Assembly (NCBI GenBank): GCA_963824385.1
Contig: CAWGPD010000004.1
Span: forward strand, 635,944-699,943
Direction: 5' to 3'
From: an uncultured Nitrososphaerota archaeon
Lineage (GTDB): Archaea; Thermoproteota; Nitrososphaeria; Nitrososphaerales; Nitrosopumilaceae
DNA: 64,000 bases
The notes below the pieces were generated by a model. It was not told the origin of the DNA, did not search any database, and saw only the letters and a program-made list of their open reading frames with translations. Positions 19,706 through 31,333 of the stretch are shown here, in pieces; within the stretch, counting starts at the first letter, position 1; each line of letters opens with the position of its first letter. A program made the translations under genes and the position numbers.

Positions 19706-20992
19706 TCATTGTTTATCTTTTTTTTCAGTTAATTCTAATAGTTTATCACATATTCGTTCTCCAGCACGTCCGTCCCATTTGAACATAAATTCTCGAATGA
19801 AATCATTACGTTTTTGTTCTGTAGCTGGATTTTTTTCCAGTCCCAAATGAATCAATTCAAGTAAAGAAGATGGTTCTTTGCAATCAATAGCCAGACCTCG
19901 TTCTAAAAATGCGTCTCCTTTAAGATCAAAGAAATTGCAAATTACTACTGGTTTTTTGTATAATAATGCGTAAACTTCAGCAGTACTAGACTGGAATGAG
20001 ATTACCACATCAGAATCATTAAGAAATTCCAAGATATCGCCTTTCTGGTGGACTGGAATTGATGAATCTAGTGAATGTACTAGTAATTCATAATCAGACA
20101 AAACAGAAGAGGAGGGATGAATTTTAACTGTAACTGAAGTCTCATTTTTATTTTTTAAAAGTTCTTTAATAGTTTCTTTGACTGCAAACTCTCGTTGTTT
20201 TTCTGTCCAAAATCCATGTTCATACAATGTGGAAGGAGCAAAAAGTACATGTATTTTATTGTCTTTTTTGTCAGACTGTTTAGAATCAGATAATTTTTGA
20301 AAAGCTAGATCATATATTGGATTTCCTGTGACAACAAGATTAGACTTGTTGTATCCCATCTCAATTCGTTGATTTAACAGGCTTTCATTTTCTAGAAATT
20401 CAACCGTGTCATTGGCAAACCTAGGATTTAGCTTGTCCATGAAAACAAATTTCCAAATCGTAAACAAAGTTTGTATTATATCCTTCTTTATAGCAAACTT
20501 GGTTTTTAATAAAAAAATATACTTGAACAAGATAAAATCTACCTCTTTTCATGAATATTTTTTTACTTTTTTCTGTATCAGTAGGAATTGAACTTTGGAA
20601 AAACCGTGATACGTTTGAGGAAATATTTTCAGCAAGATTTTTTTTAATCCAAATATCACTATACACTACACAAAATGCAGGAATACTACAAAACTTGGCG
20701 GCAGATGATAAAGCATGATCAATAAAACTCCATGTTGCATTAGCATAAACCAGATCAGGTTTTCTTTTTTTATCACGTCAACTGCATTTTCATAGTCATG
20801 TATATCCAAAACAGTAGAATCAGAATGATTCCAGTTTGTAGAATCTATTCTTTCTGGAGTATAAACTAGCCATAAAATATGCACATTTACTTTGGTTTTG
20901 AGAACAGACAACAAACTTTCAAAGAATATAGTGGTAACCGATTTTACATCAGGTAATGTGTGAAGAGGAACTAGAATTTTTAAATTCTTCAT
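19706..20992 (-). CDS. GT-B fold protein, putative nonulosonate/glycerophosphate transferase (frameshifted)
   Basis: VVTGNPIYD, VLFAPS, VKIHP, SDVVISFQSSTAEVYALLYKKPV; three fragments. Confidence 0.6.
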
Positions 20993-20998
20993 AAGAAA

Positions 20999-21969
20999 TT
21001 ATCGGTTTTGTAGAATAAATTTGAAGTGATTTCCAGAGTTTGAAGCATCAATGGCTAGGTTGAAGAGTATTGTAAAAATCACTACACATCTTTGCTTTAG
21101 ATTCATCACCTAAAAGGTCATAGTAAGCTTTCAAGTCTCCTAAATCAATCCCATTTGTTTGAATATGCGCAAGATCCATTCCTACTCTCTCTGCAAGTTT
21201 TTTTACAGAATCATGAGTAAAATACTGTAAATGAGCTAGGTGGACAAATCACTTGCCATTTTTCTTTCATAATTGTAATTGCTACAGAATCAAAGTTAGG
21301 AGTTAAAACCAATATGATTCCATCCTTCGCAAGCAATCGTTTGGCATCAGATATGAATTTCACCGGATCAGTGACATGTTCAATTACATCAAAAATAGTA
21401 ATGACATTAAATTGAATATCGGTTTTTATCTTGTCAATAGGCTCATCAAATACAGTTATTCCTAAATGGTTTCTAGTCCATATCGCAAGATCTTTTCCCA
21501 ACTCCTGACCATAAGCTTCAAAATTATTCTTGAGTGCGATCTGTAGATAATGTCCTACTCCGCATCCAATATCAAGTAACTTATTTCCTTTAGCAAATTT
21601 TTTGATTAATTCGTATCGTTCAATCCCAAATCTTTCTTTTCTATAATTGCTTTCTTTGTCAACAGCTTCAATCATCTCAGGCAAATATCCCTCATCTGAA
21701 TAAACATCGCCAACATTATTTGGAATCTTTGAAGAATACCGATGGCTGCATTCTTTGCATCCATAAATGTCAATATTGAATTTATTCAGTCTCTTTAGAA
21801 TACTCGTTACTTTTGCACATTGGACATGTGTGAATGTCTTTGAATCCACTACCTTTTACGACATTTTCCATAGCAATCTTTGCCCATTCTGTTTCTCTTT
21901 TCAGGAAACCTGTGGTCGTAATTTATCAATATCAATTGCTTTAAAAGTTTCAAGAATTTTTGAGTACAT
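20999..21969 (-). CDS. Class I SAM-dependent methyltransferase (frameshifted)
   Basis: CKEC, LLDIGCGVG, FDVIEHV, LTPN; ATG at 21969, stop at 20999 by manual reading. Confidence 0.8.
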
Positions 21970-22217
21970 GTGTGATGTGATAAATTTCAGGTAAGATATA
22001 TTAGTTTAAGTCCTTCTTATTATGAAAATACATGCATTCAATATAATTTTAAATCTTTCATATATAATTAGAAATTTTTAAGCATAAACCTGTTATTGAA
22101 AAAAAATTATTTAATTTAGTATTACAAAAAAGAAACAATCATCATAATAGGAAAATCTAAAAAATAAGGATGAAATAAAATTAGATTAAGAAACTTTTGC
22201 GAAAGGTTTTAGGTAAT

Positions 22218-22314
22218 TTCTAGAGTTTGAAGCAATCTATGACAGGTTGAAGAGTATTGTAAAAGGTATTACATATCTTTGCTTCAGATTCATTACCTAA
22301 AAGGTCATAGTAAG
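22218..22314 (-). repeat. Degenerate direct repeat of 21031..21127: relic 3' end of a paralogous methyltransferase gene
   Basis: Shared blocks agagtttgaagca, aggttgaagagtattgtaaaa, tctttgctt.agattcat.acctaaaaggtcatagtaag. Confidence 0.85.
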
Positions 22315-22354
22315 ACTTTTAAATCCAACTAGAATTTAGAATGTAGCACCAAAA

Positions 22355-23140
22355 ATGAATCCGAATAAAATCAAACAACATTATAATAATGAAGTTAAGG
22401 AGCACGCATTTTCTGCAAAGAGCACCATGGAAGATTTATTCGTCAGAGATTTAGAGATTTCAAAGATTGAAAATGTATTAGAAAAGATAGTAGAACAAAA
22501 TCAATCGGAATCTGTACTAGAGATAGGTTGTGGAAATGGTTATACGGTTAATGAATTAGCAAAAAAATTTCAATGTAGATTTACTGCAATTGATGCCAAT
22601 GAAAAAATGATAAATGTTGCACGAAAGAGAAAATTGAAAAATGTGAATTTTTTTGTGAGAGACGTATTAAAAATGAATTTTGATGAGGAAGCATTCGACA
22701 TAGTTTTTTCTGAAAGATGTCTGATAAATTTGACCAGTTGGACTGCACAAAGGAAGGCACTCTCAATGATCCACAAAATTCTTCGTAAAGGAGGACACTA
22801 TGTAATGTTAGAAGCATTTAACGATGGTCTCAATGAATTGAATAAAGCAAGAAAATCACTAGGATTAAAGAAAATAAATCCAGCATGGCATAATCTTTAT
22901 TTTGACAAGAAAAAACTCGAATCACATATAAAAGGAAAATTTACCGATTGGAACAATAATTTAGAATTACATATGACAATTTTCTAAGTTCGTACTATTT
23001 TGGGAGTAGAGTGTTGTATCCTTTTAATAGAAGGAAAAGTTCCATTGCTTTATAATAATAGTTTTGTAAAATACTTTACTCTCATTCCAAGTGTAGGAAA
23101 TTATAGTCAGTTACAACTTTGTGTGCTGAAAAAAATTTAA
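22355..23140 (+). CDS. Class I SAM-dependent methyltransferase (frameshift near 22975)
   Basis: VLEIGCGNG, FDIVFSERCLINL. Confidence 0.82.
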
Positions 23141-23233
23141 CATTTAGAAATTATTTAAATTCAATCTGAACTCTGACACAAATGGATTAAAATTATCTGT
23201 TGTTATGATGATACCATTCTAATTAGACAAAAT

Positions 23234-24383
23234 TCAATATGAAAGATTTTTCTGGATTAAATTTTTATTCAAATTAATTTTTTCAAGATATTCAACAATT
23301 TTTTTTGATGCGTTACCACTTCCATAAACATTTTTATTAATTTTATAATGTAATTTTTTCATTCTTAATGCATGTAATATTGCATTACTTACAGAACTAG
23401 TGGATGCATCTTTTACTTCAAAAACACCAGCACCTCTTTCTCTACCTTGTTGTCTACTACCGATATTCACAACTGGAATCTGAAAATAGCTACCCTCAAT
23501 TATTCCACTACTCGAATTACCAACTAAAGTACCACAATTTTGAAGCATTCCGAGAAAGTCTTTTCTTGGTAACGAAGCATATAATTTTATGAAATCATAT
23601 TTTTTAGAGAATAGTTTCAAATGATTAAAGATATTTCGGCTTCCTGCATCACTGTTTGGAGCAATGGCTATTGTGGTCTTTTTTAAACTTATGATAGCTT
23701 TCAGGATATTATGAATATTTTTTTCATTAAGTTCTGGTTCAGTTGTGACTGGATGATATAGTAATAATATTTCGTCTCCCTTGAATTTTAAATTATAAAT
23801 CTTTTCAAGAACCTCTTTTTTGGTAATATCCTTATCAGTTATTTCATCAATACTTGGAGAACCAGTTAAAAATACATATTTTGGATTTTCGCCCATCATG
23901 ATTATTCGTTTTTTACTTTTTGGAGTGCTGGGAAATGAATATTTGACATTTTTGTAATTGCATGCCTATTATACTCATCAATACCTCCAGATTTATCTCC
24001 ACCATGTATATGGGCATTTGGTATATTCATATGATAAGCAGCAATAGCAGATGCTAACATTTCATCTCTATCTCCTAACACCACATTAATGTCAGGTTTT
24101 AAATTTTTGAATATTTTAGAAAATGCAATTATTCCTTTTCCTAATGATTTTGACATGGAATACCCAGTATCACTTTTTGGCATCATGTTACATAGTTTTG
24201 AAAATCTTGAAACCATCTTTTTTTATTTCATTAATTGTAAGTCCATATTTTTTTGAAAATGCGTACCAGTAACAACTAGATAAAGATTCTAGTTTTCTTA
24301 CTTTTTTGAATTAATTGTAAAAGAGGTCGTAAAATCCCATATTCTGCTCTTGTTCCGGTTGTTACTACAATTTTTCTTTTCAT
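23234..24383 (-). CDS. neuC: Hydrolysing UDP-N-acetylglucosamine 2-epimerase (NeuC/LegG-like; frameshifted)
   Basis: MKRKIVVTTGTRAEYG, LGDRDE, HIHGGD, RHAITK, YHPVT, GNSSSGIIE, GSRQQGRE. Confidence 0.9.
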
Positions 24384-24431
24384 TGTGTATCAAATATAAT
24401 GTTTAACCTAATAATACCTAAGTATTCAATC

Positions 24432-25571
24432 TCATTTTACTAGATCCTAGTCCAACCTTGAATTTCGGATGCCAAACTCCATCCCTATCTTGTTCAAAAA
24501 ATTCACGGTTATACCATTTATCCATGGTCTTCCAAAATTCTCTTACTGACATACCTGTAAACTCACAGAATTTATCAACTACACCTTGATCTAGTTTTCG
24601 TCAATTTTCTCAACTAAGAGGAATCATTTCTTCTCTTGTTTTGAAGCCATAACTTATCCAACGTAGATGCATTATCAGTTGCTACAGAGTGAGCAAATTT
24701 CAAGATATTTCAAGATAAGGATTGAGTAAGTAACTTAAGAGATCTATTTGATCATAGTTATCAATAGAACCTTCTCTTTCGTATTCATGGCCTAGATGAC
24801 GAAATCCCCAACGCTTTGCAACTTCATAGTTATGGATAGAATTCCAAGGAAGAAAGTAGACTTAGATAAATTGGTTCAAGTCCAAAATTCTTACATTCTT
24901 CTACAGTGGGAGCCACTTGCAGAATGTAAGATCTTTTTCAGTTATTTGTACCATGCTGTAAGCCATTCTTCTGAATAGGGTTTTACAACATCATTTATGA
25001 GGTTGAAGCATTGCAGATGGTGTTTCTTCATTGAATTTTCCTCCGTATGTATATTTAACATCTTCACCATAAACCAGTAATTTAACACCCAATTGCATAG
25101 TCATTCTATATGGAAATGCATAGATCAAAGAATCAAGATACCATGATGGTTGACCAATTTCTTCAAATGCTTTTCTGAGTCATTATTCTAGTAACATTCG
25201 TCTATTTGGTTGTAATCTGAATTACTTCACATCCAAAAACATCAGATATATTGTCCAAGGTTTTTTCTTCCTGTTTCAGTCCAATCAATATTTCCCACTG
25301 TAATAAGAATCGGATTCATTTTCATTACTTCTTTCATGATATACGTTTGAAAATGAGAATCTTTTCCCCCTGATACTGCAATTGCACAATCATATCCATT
25401 TCCATTGAAACCCCTATATTTATCACAAAGTGTTTCAAGTTCTTTTAAGCGTTTTTCCCAATCTGTTGTTTTTTGTTTTTCATAATTGATACAAGCTGCA
25501 CAAATACCAGATTCATCAAAAGTTAATCCTGGTCTAGTATCAGGCATCAGGCATTTTTTACAATATTTCAA
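24432..25571 (-). CDS. N-acetyl sugar amidotransferase (WbuX/PseA/PtmG-like; several frameshifts)
   Basis: MKYCKKCLMPDTRPGL..GICAAC, YDCAIAVSGGKDS, YGED, YLKYLKFAH by manual reading. Confidence 0.85.
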
Positions 25572-25726
25572 TTTTCATTTTATTGTTATTGATTAGATAT
25601 ATATCAATTTGACTGATTTTCTTCAAATATTTATCATTTAGAGAGTCATAATTGGTCTAGTTTTATCATTTTATGAGGACAATTTGAAAAATCAAAATTA
25701 TTTTAAAAAGTATTATACCTCAAGAA

Positions 25727-26440
25727 ATGAAATATCAAGATATGACATTCATAGTAGCAGAAATAGGAGTGAATTGGGATGGAGATTTTAACCTAGCAAA
25801 AAATATGATGGAAAATGCAAAAATTGCAGGATGTGATGCTGTAAAATTTCAGGCATTCAATAAACAGATCTTGGGAAATCATCCTGAAAATGAGAAGTTA
25901 CTAAAAACTTCAATTTCTCATGAAAATGTAAAAACTATTGATGAGATATCAAGGTCCGTAGGAATAGAGTGGTTTTGTACTCCCATGTATGTAGAAGCAG
26001 TAGATTTCCTAGGTCACTATGTAAGAAGATTCAAGATAAGAGAAGGTGATGGAAGACCTTTACTTGAAGACAAAACTACAGATTTAATTGAACGAATATT
26101 TGATACTGGTAAAGATGTGATAATAAGTAGTAAACAGTCTCCACACAATTGCAAACTTTACAAACATCCTAAAATAAAATGGTTATATTGTGTTCCAAAA
26201 TATCCATGTGATTTAACAGATTTAGATTTTGGAGAATTAGATAAATTCAATGGATATTCAAATCATTGTCCTCAGATTATAGCACCATTAACTGCAGCCA
26301 TTTTAGGTGCAGAGATAATAGAAATGCACATCACATCCGATAAATCCAAAAATTTTGTTGATAATAGCGTAAGTTTTGACTATCAAGAGCTTGCAGAAAT
26401 TGTTAAATTAATTCGACTCTCAGAGAAAATAAAAAGGTAA
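25727..26440 (+). CDS. Second, short NeuB-family nonulosonate synthase (no SAF domain)
   Basis: IVAEIGVNWDG, AVKFQ, WFCTP, CVPKYP, GYSNH, IEMHIT. Confidence 0.82.
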   Translation: MKYQDMTFIVAEIGVNWDGDFNLAKNMMENAKIAGCDAVKFQAFNKQILGNHPENEKLLKTSISHENVKTIDEISRSVGIEWFCTPMYVEAVDFLGHYVRRFKIREGDGRPLLEDKTTDLIERIFDTGKDVIISSKQSPHNCKLYKHPKIKWLYCVPKYPCDLTDLDFGELDKFNGYSNHCPQIIAPLTAAILGAEIIEMHITSDKSKNFVDNSVSFDYQELAEIVKLIRLSEKIKR

Positions 26441-26477
26441 TAAACACAGAGAAAGAAGATAAGATGGGTTTTTACAA

Positions 26478-27182
26478 ATGAAATCAATTTGTTTCATAGG
26501 AGCACGCGGAGGATCAAAAGGAGTACTCAAAAAAAATGTTCGGTTACTAAATGGAAAACCGCTAATATCTCATTCAATAGAATCTGCTCTAGATTCAAAT
26601 ATTTTCAGTAATGTTATAGTATCTACTGAAGATAATGAGATTGCAAAAATTGCAAAACAATATGGTGCAGAAGTTCCTTTTATGCGTCCCAAGAAATTAG
26701 CAACAGATACAGCTGGAATGTATGATGTTATAATTCATGGAATAAACAATCTAAGAAACCTAGGTTACAAATTTGATATTCTAGTTAATCGTGACTGTAC
26801 TGTTCCTTTTATTCGCAATAAAGACATACGGGGTTCAATCAATTTACTACAGAAAAAGAATTGTGATGCAGTATATGGTGTGTATAGACAACATCATAAT
26901 CCTTACTTCAACATGATGGAACCAGATTCCAATGGTTTTTTGAGATATTCTAAAAGTATTGGAAAGAAAATAAAAAGTAGACAATCTGCACCAGTAGTAT
27001 ATCAATTAAATGGATTATTCACAATTTATGTTGATAAATTATTAAAACATGGAAAATGGCATATGCCTAAAATACTTCCATATGAAATTCCACCAGAAAC
27101 TGGTTTTATGATTGACACAGAGTTTGAATTTCAAATTGCAGAGATGATAGCTAAAGGAAAAATCAAAATTCCACGAATATAA
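26478..27182 (+). CDS. neuA: Acylneuraminate cytidylyltransferase
   Basis: ARGGSKGVLKKN, VSTED, GAEVPFMRP, RQSAP..YQLNG, IDTEFEF. Confidence 0.9.
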   Translation: MKSICFIGARGGSKGVLKKNVRLLNGKPLISHSIESALDSNIFSNVIVSTEDNEIAKIAKQYGAEVPFMRPKKLATDTAGMYDVIIHGINNLRNLGYKFDILVNRDCTVPFIRNKDIRGSINLLQKKNCDAVYGVYRQHHNPYFNMMEPDSNGFLRYSKSIGKKIKSRQSAPVVYQLNGLFTIYVDKLLKHGKWHMPKILPYEIPPETGFMIDTEFEFQIAEMIAKGKIKIPRI

Positions 27183-27207
27183 AATTAAGAAATCTTAAGT
27201 TTTCTAT

Positions 27208-28019
27208 TTACCATGCAGTCCATCCTCCATCAACTATCAAATTACTTCCTGTCATGTATGATGAGGCATCAGATGCTAGGAATAGTATTGGTCCTTCATA
27301 ATCCTCTTTTTGAGCCATTCTTCCCAACATTGTTTTTTGAGAATAATTTTTCAAGAAACTCGTACCTTTGTGTAAATTTTCATCAAAAACTCCACCAAGC
27401 GTAAGAGTGTTTACTCTTATGTTTTTTCCTTGCCAATAAGCTGCTAGATAACGAGTTAAATTTACCATTGCTCCCTTTGTGGCAGCGTAAAAGGCAGGAG
27501 AATTCAATCTACTGTTACCATAAATTCTTTGATCTGCTCCAACAATTCCATAGATGGATGAGACATTAACAATTACTCCTTTTTTCTGACTGACATTATT
27601 TTACCAAATTCTTGACAACAAAGGAAGAGTCCACGCATGTTAGTCATTATTGTTTTATCCCATAATTCTAATGGATATTCTTCAAACGGTGCATCTCTTT
27701 TAGGATGGTCACGTGGAACAAAATGCGCATTATTAATCAGAATATCAACTTTTTTGTAGTTTGTCGATATTTTTTTAATCAATTTTTTAATGTCGGATGC
27801 TTCGCTTATGTCAATTTGTAACGAGATTGGATTAGTACCATATTTAGCAATCAATTCTTTTTCTAGTTTTTTATTGTTGATCTTTTCAACATCTACTAAA
27901 ACAACATCTGCTCCTGCTGCACTTAGTACATGTGCAAATCTAGTTCCAAGTCGTCCTGCAGAGCCAGTAAGAACGGCAGTTTTATTTTTTAAATTAAATA
28001 ATTTGTTAATGTAATCCAT
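27208..28019 (-). CDS. SDR family oxidoreductase (frameshift near 27580)
   Basis: [38 protein letters not shown]. Confidence 0.87.
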
Positions 28020-28020
28020 T

Positions 28021-29014
28021 TTATCTACCAACTACTTGTAATCTCCTAAGTTTTGAGGATTTTTTGATTGCAAGTGCAACTTTCAGTGTATAAGTCCCTT
28101 CCTTTAAATCATTTATGGTTTTCTTTCTCTTACGTATACAATCAACAAAATGGTGTAATTCCTCAAGATAAGTCATGATTCATATCATAATTAGGCAATT
28201 TTAATTTTTTAGTCCAAGTTTTATTTTTTGTATTATAATATATAACATCATTAGTAGTCATATCCCAACTAAGTGTTCCTTTAGTACCAATTATTTTACA
28301 ATTTCTTGCATTTGGGCTCTGGAAATAGTCAAGATGAGCTTCTCCAATTATATTATTTTTAAATCGTCAATAATATGGCTGACAAATCTTCTGCTTGTAT
28401 GTTAAGATTACTAAATTTTCCAGTAATAGAATAGACTTCGTGAACATTTCCAAAAAACCAGTATAGATAATCAATTTCATGAATACATGTAAGAACAACT
28501 CCGCCTCCCAAATCATCTCTTGCAGCATAACTTTTTTTATAATTTTCTGATGGATGCCAGTCAGGTAAAAAAGAACCATTCTCTACTCTAACTGAAATTA
28601 TTCTTCCAAGTTTTCTGCTAGAAATAATTTCTTTCATCATCTGTTATAGAAGGATGGAATCTGAGATTACATCCAATCAGAGTTATTAGTTTATTTTTAT
28701 TTGTTATATTCAATAATTCATTAATCCCTTTCAAAGAGTTTGAAAGTGGTTTTTCTATGAATAGATGTATTCCAGCTTTTGCCAATTTCATTGCCGTTGC
28801 AATGTGAAGATGTGTTTCATTTGTTATTATAGCAAATTCTGGTTTTTCTTTTATACAATCATCTAACGATTTAAACAGTTTACAATGTTTTTCTTTTAAA
28901 AAATTATCATATTTTCTTTTGCTACATACCAAGATTTCCATATTTGAGAACGAGGATGAGATTTTCTATGTGACGCTTTCCAATAGAACCATAACCTACT
29001 ACCAGAGCTTTCAA
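28021..29014 (-). CDS. Gfo/Idh/MocA family oxidoreductase (frameshifted)
   Basis: TTG 29014 MKALVVGYGSIGKRH, FIEKP, LPDWHP, GGGVVLTCIHEIDY. Confidence 0.85.
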
Positions 29015-29243
29015 CACATTTCAAGTAGAAATGAATCGATATTAGTCTTATTTCTATGAAGTATTTTTCAGATCATATCAGATCATCAGTCCACAAAATT
29101 TGCTAGAGAATCTGTCTAATGAGTTATGCAAGTATTTGAAAAATGACAGAAAATCAAATCATAGTCAGAAACTTAAGGAAAAGTTATTATCTCTTGCCAA
29201 AAAAGTACAAATTAAGGGATTAGAAGAAATTCATGTTTGATTT

Positions 29244-30116
29244 ATGATAGACAAAAAAAATACCGCAACCATTAGCAAGGAATTAAAAAATAAAACAGTT
29301 CTAGTAACTGGAGGAGCAGGTAGTGTAGGTTCAGTTTTAGTAAAAAAGATTCTAGAATTTCCAGTAAAGTCAGTCAGAGTTTTAGATATTGATGAACATG
29401 CATTATTCAAATTAAACCGTTCACTTAATGATCCAAGATTAAGATTGCTACTTGGAAGTATAACTGATAAAGACAGGATGGAGATGGCAGGCAATCAGGC
29501 GGATATCATATTACATCTTGCAGCAATAAAGAATATTGAAATTTCAGAATTCAATCCAATTGAAACTATTGATACCAATGTTCAAGGCATGATAAACTTA
29601 CTTAAAATGTCAATAAGAAACAAGCCAAGAAAATTTTTGAATATCAGTACAGACAAAGCTGCCCAAGCTTCTACACTATATGGAACAACTAAACAGATTT
29701 GTGAGAGATTAACCAGTTGGGCAGGAGTTCACATAGGTGATACCAAATTTGCATCAGTACGTTTAGGAAACATCATGGAGACAAGAGGAAATGTATTTGA
29801 AATTTGGGATGAAGAAGTAAAAAATAACAAACCTCTATCCATTACACATCCATCTATGGAGAGATATTTTTTCCATGTGGAAGAAGCAGTTGATTTTATC
29901 ATAAAATGTATTCCACTTGTAAACCAAGGAGAGATTTTTGTTCCAAAGATGAAATCATACAAAATTAAAGATTTAGCATCCAAGATTTCAAAGAAACATA
30001 GAATCATAGGATTAAGACAAGGAGAAAAATTAGAAGAAATACTTATCACAGAAGAGGAAAAAAAGATTGCTCAAGAAAAAGACAACATGTGGGTAATCCG
30101 CCAGTATTCTCGTTAA
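29244..30116 (+). CDS. CapD/PseB-like UDP-sugar 4,6-dehydratase (polysaccharide biosynthesis protein)
   Basis: TGGAGSVG, HLAAIK, STDKA, YGTTK, VRLGN, GLRQGEKLEE. Confidence 0.88.
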   Translation: MIDKKNTATISKELKNKTVLVTGGAGSVGSVLVKKILEFPVKSVRVLDIDEHALFKLNRSLNDPRLRLLLGSITDKDRMEMAGNQADIILHLAAIKNIEISEFNPIETIDTNVQGMINLLKMSIRNKPRKFLNISTDKAAQASTLYGTTKQICERLTSWAGVHIGDTKFASVRLGNIMETRGNVFEIWDEEVKNNKPLSITHPSMERYFFHVEEAVDFIIKCIPLVNQGEIFVPKMKSYKIKDLASKISKKHRIIGLRQGEKLEEILITEEEKKIAQEKDNMWVIRQYSR

Positions 30117-30127
30117 AAAATTAGAAC

Positions 30128-31266
30128 TTATTTAGACTCAAAAAATTCAGATATTGAATCAACAAGATATTCTTTTTCTTCCAGAGTCATGTTTGGATAT
30201 AATGGAATTGTCAAAACTTGTTGTGATACTCTTTCAGTAACTGGCAAATCTTTAGAATCTGTTGGGAATTTTTCTTTATAGAATTGTGTTAGATGTATTG
30301 GACTAAAATATACTCTAGAAAATATTTTTTTTCTAGTCAAATGTTCATGTAGTTCATCACGAGTTTTAGAATCTGGCATTCTAATTGTATATAGCTGATA
30401 AATATGATCATAACCTGGCGGAGGATTAGGTACTTTAATTTGTGAAAATTTTGAGAGTCTTGATGAAATGTATTTGGCATTTTCCTGTCTCATTTTTATT
30501 ATTTTATCTAGTTTATGCAGTTGAGAAATACCTAGAGCGGCAGTTAGTGTAGACATTCTCCAATTGTATCCTAGATACGTATACTGAGATTCAGAAGGAT
30601 TATCAAAATAGGCAACTGTGTCAACTCTTCCATGAGAGCGTATCAGTTTTATTTTTTCATAAATTTCCTTTGAGTTGGTTACTATTGCACCTCCTTCACC
30701 TGTTGTCAAGACTTTATTTCCACAGAAACTAAAAATGGACAAGTCTGCAATTGAACCAACTTTTTTACCGTTAACTGAAGATCCTAAAGATTCTGCCGAA
30801 TCATCAATCAATACAAGATTATTCTTTCTTGCAACTTCTTTTATTTCAAAAATATTACAAGATGTTCCACCATAATCCATTGGAATTATACATTTTGTAT
30901 TTTTATTAATTTTAGTCACAATTGAATTAGGATCTAATCCAAAAGTGGTTTCTTCAATATCAGCAAAAGTTGGCTTGGCTCCTACAAAAAGAACAGAATT
31001 TGCAGTAGATATGAAAGAAAATGAAGGCACTATGATTTCATCATTCGGGCCAAATCCGTATGCTAAAGAGATGCATGTAATGCAGATGTTCCAGAGTTTA
31101 GAGCAAGACAATAATCAACACCTACATAATTTGAGATTGCTTTTTCAAATTCTTCAATCTCAGGCCCTAATGCCCAACCACTTCCGCGTCTTACTATTTT
31201 TGTAATTATTGAAACATCTTCGTCATCACTGTATATCTTGTATAACGGAATTTTCCATGATTCCAA
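30128..31266 (-). CDS. DegT/DnrJ/EryC1/StrS sugar aminotransferase (frameshift near 31065)
   Basis: NSGTSALH, DSAESLG, FSFCGNKVLTTGEGG (catalytic Lys), GYNWRM. Confidence 0.88.
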
Positions 31267-31333
31267 TTTATTTTCCTCTTACTTGAAATAAAAATTCATT
31301 TCAGGATATAAATGACTCATAATAGTAGTCAGA

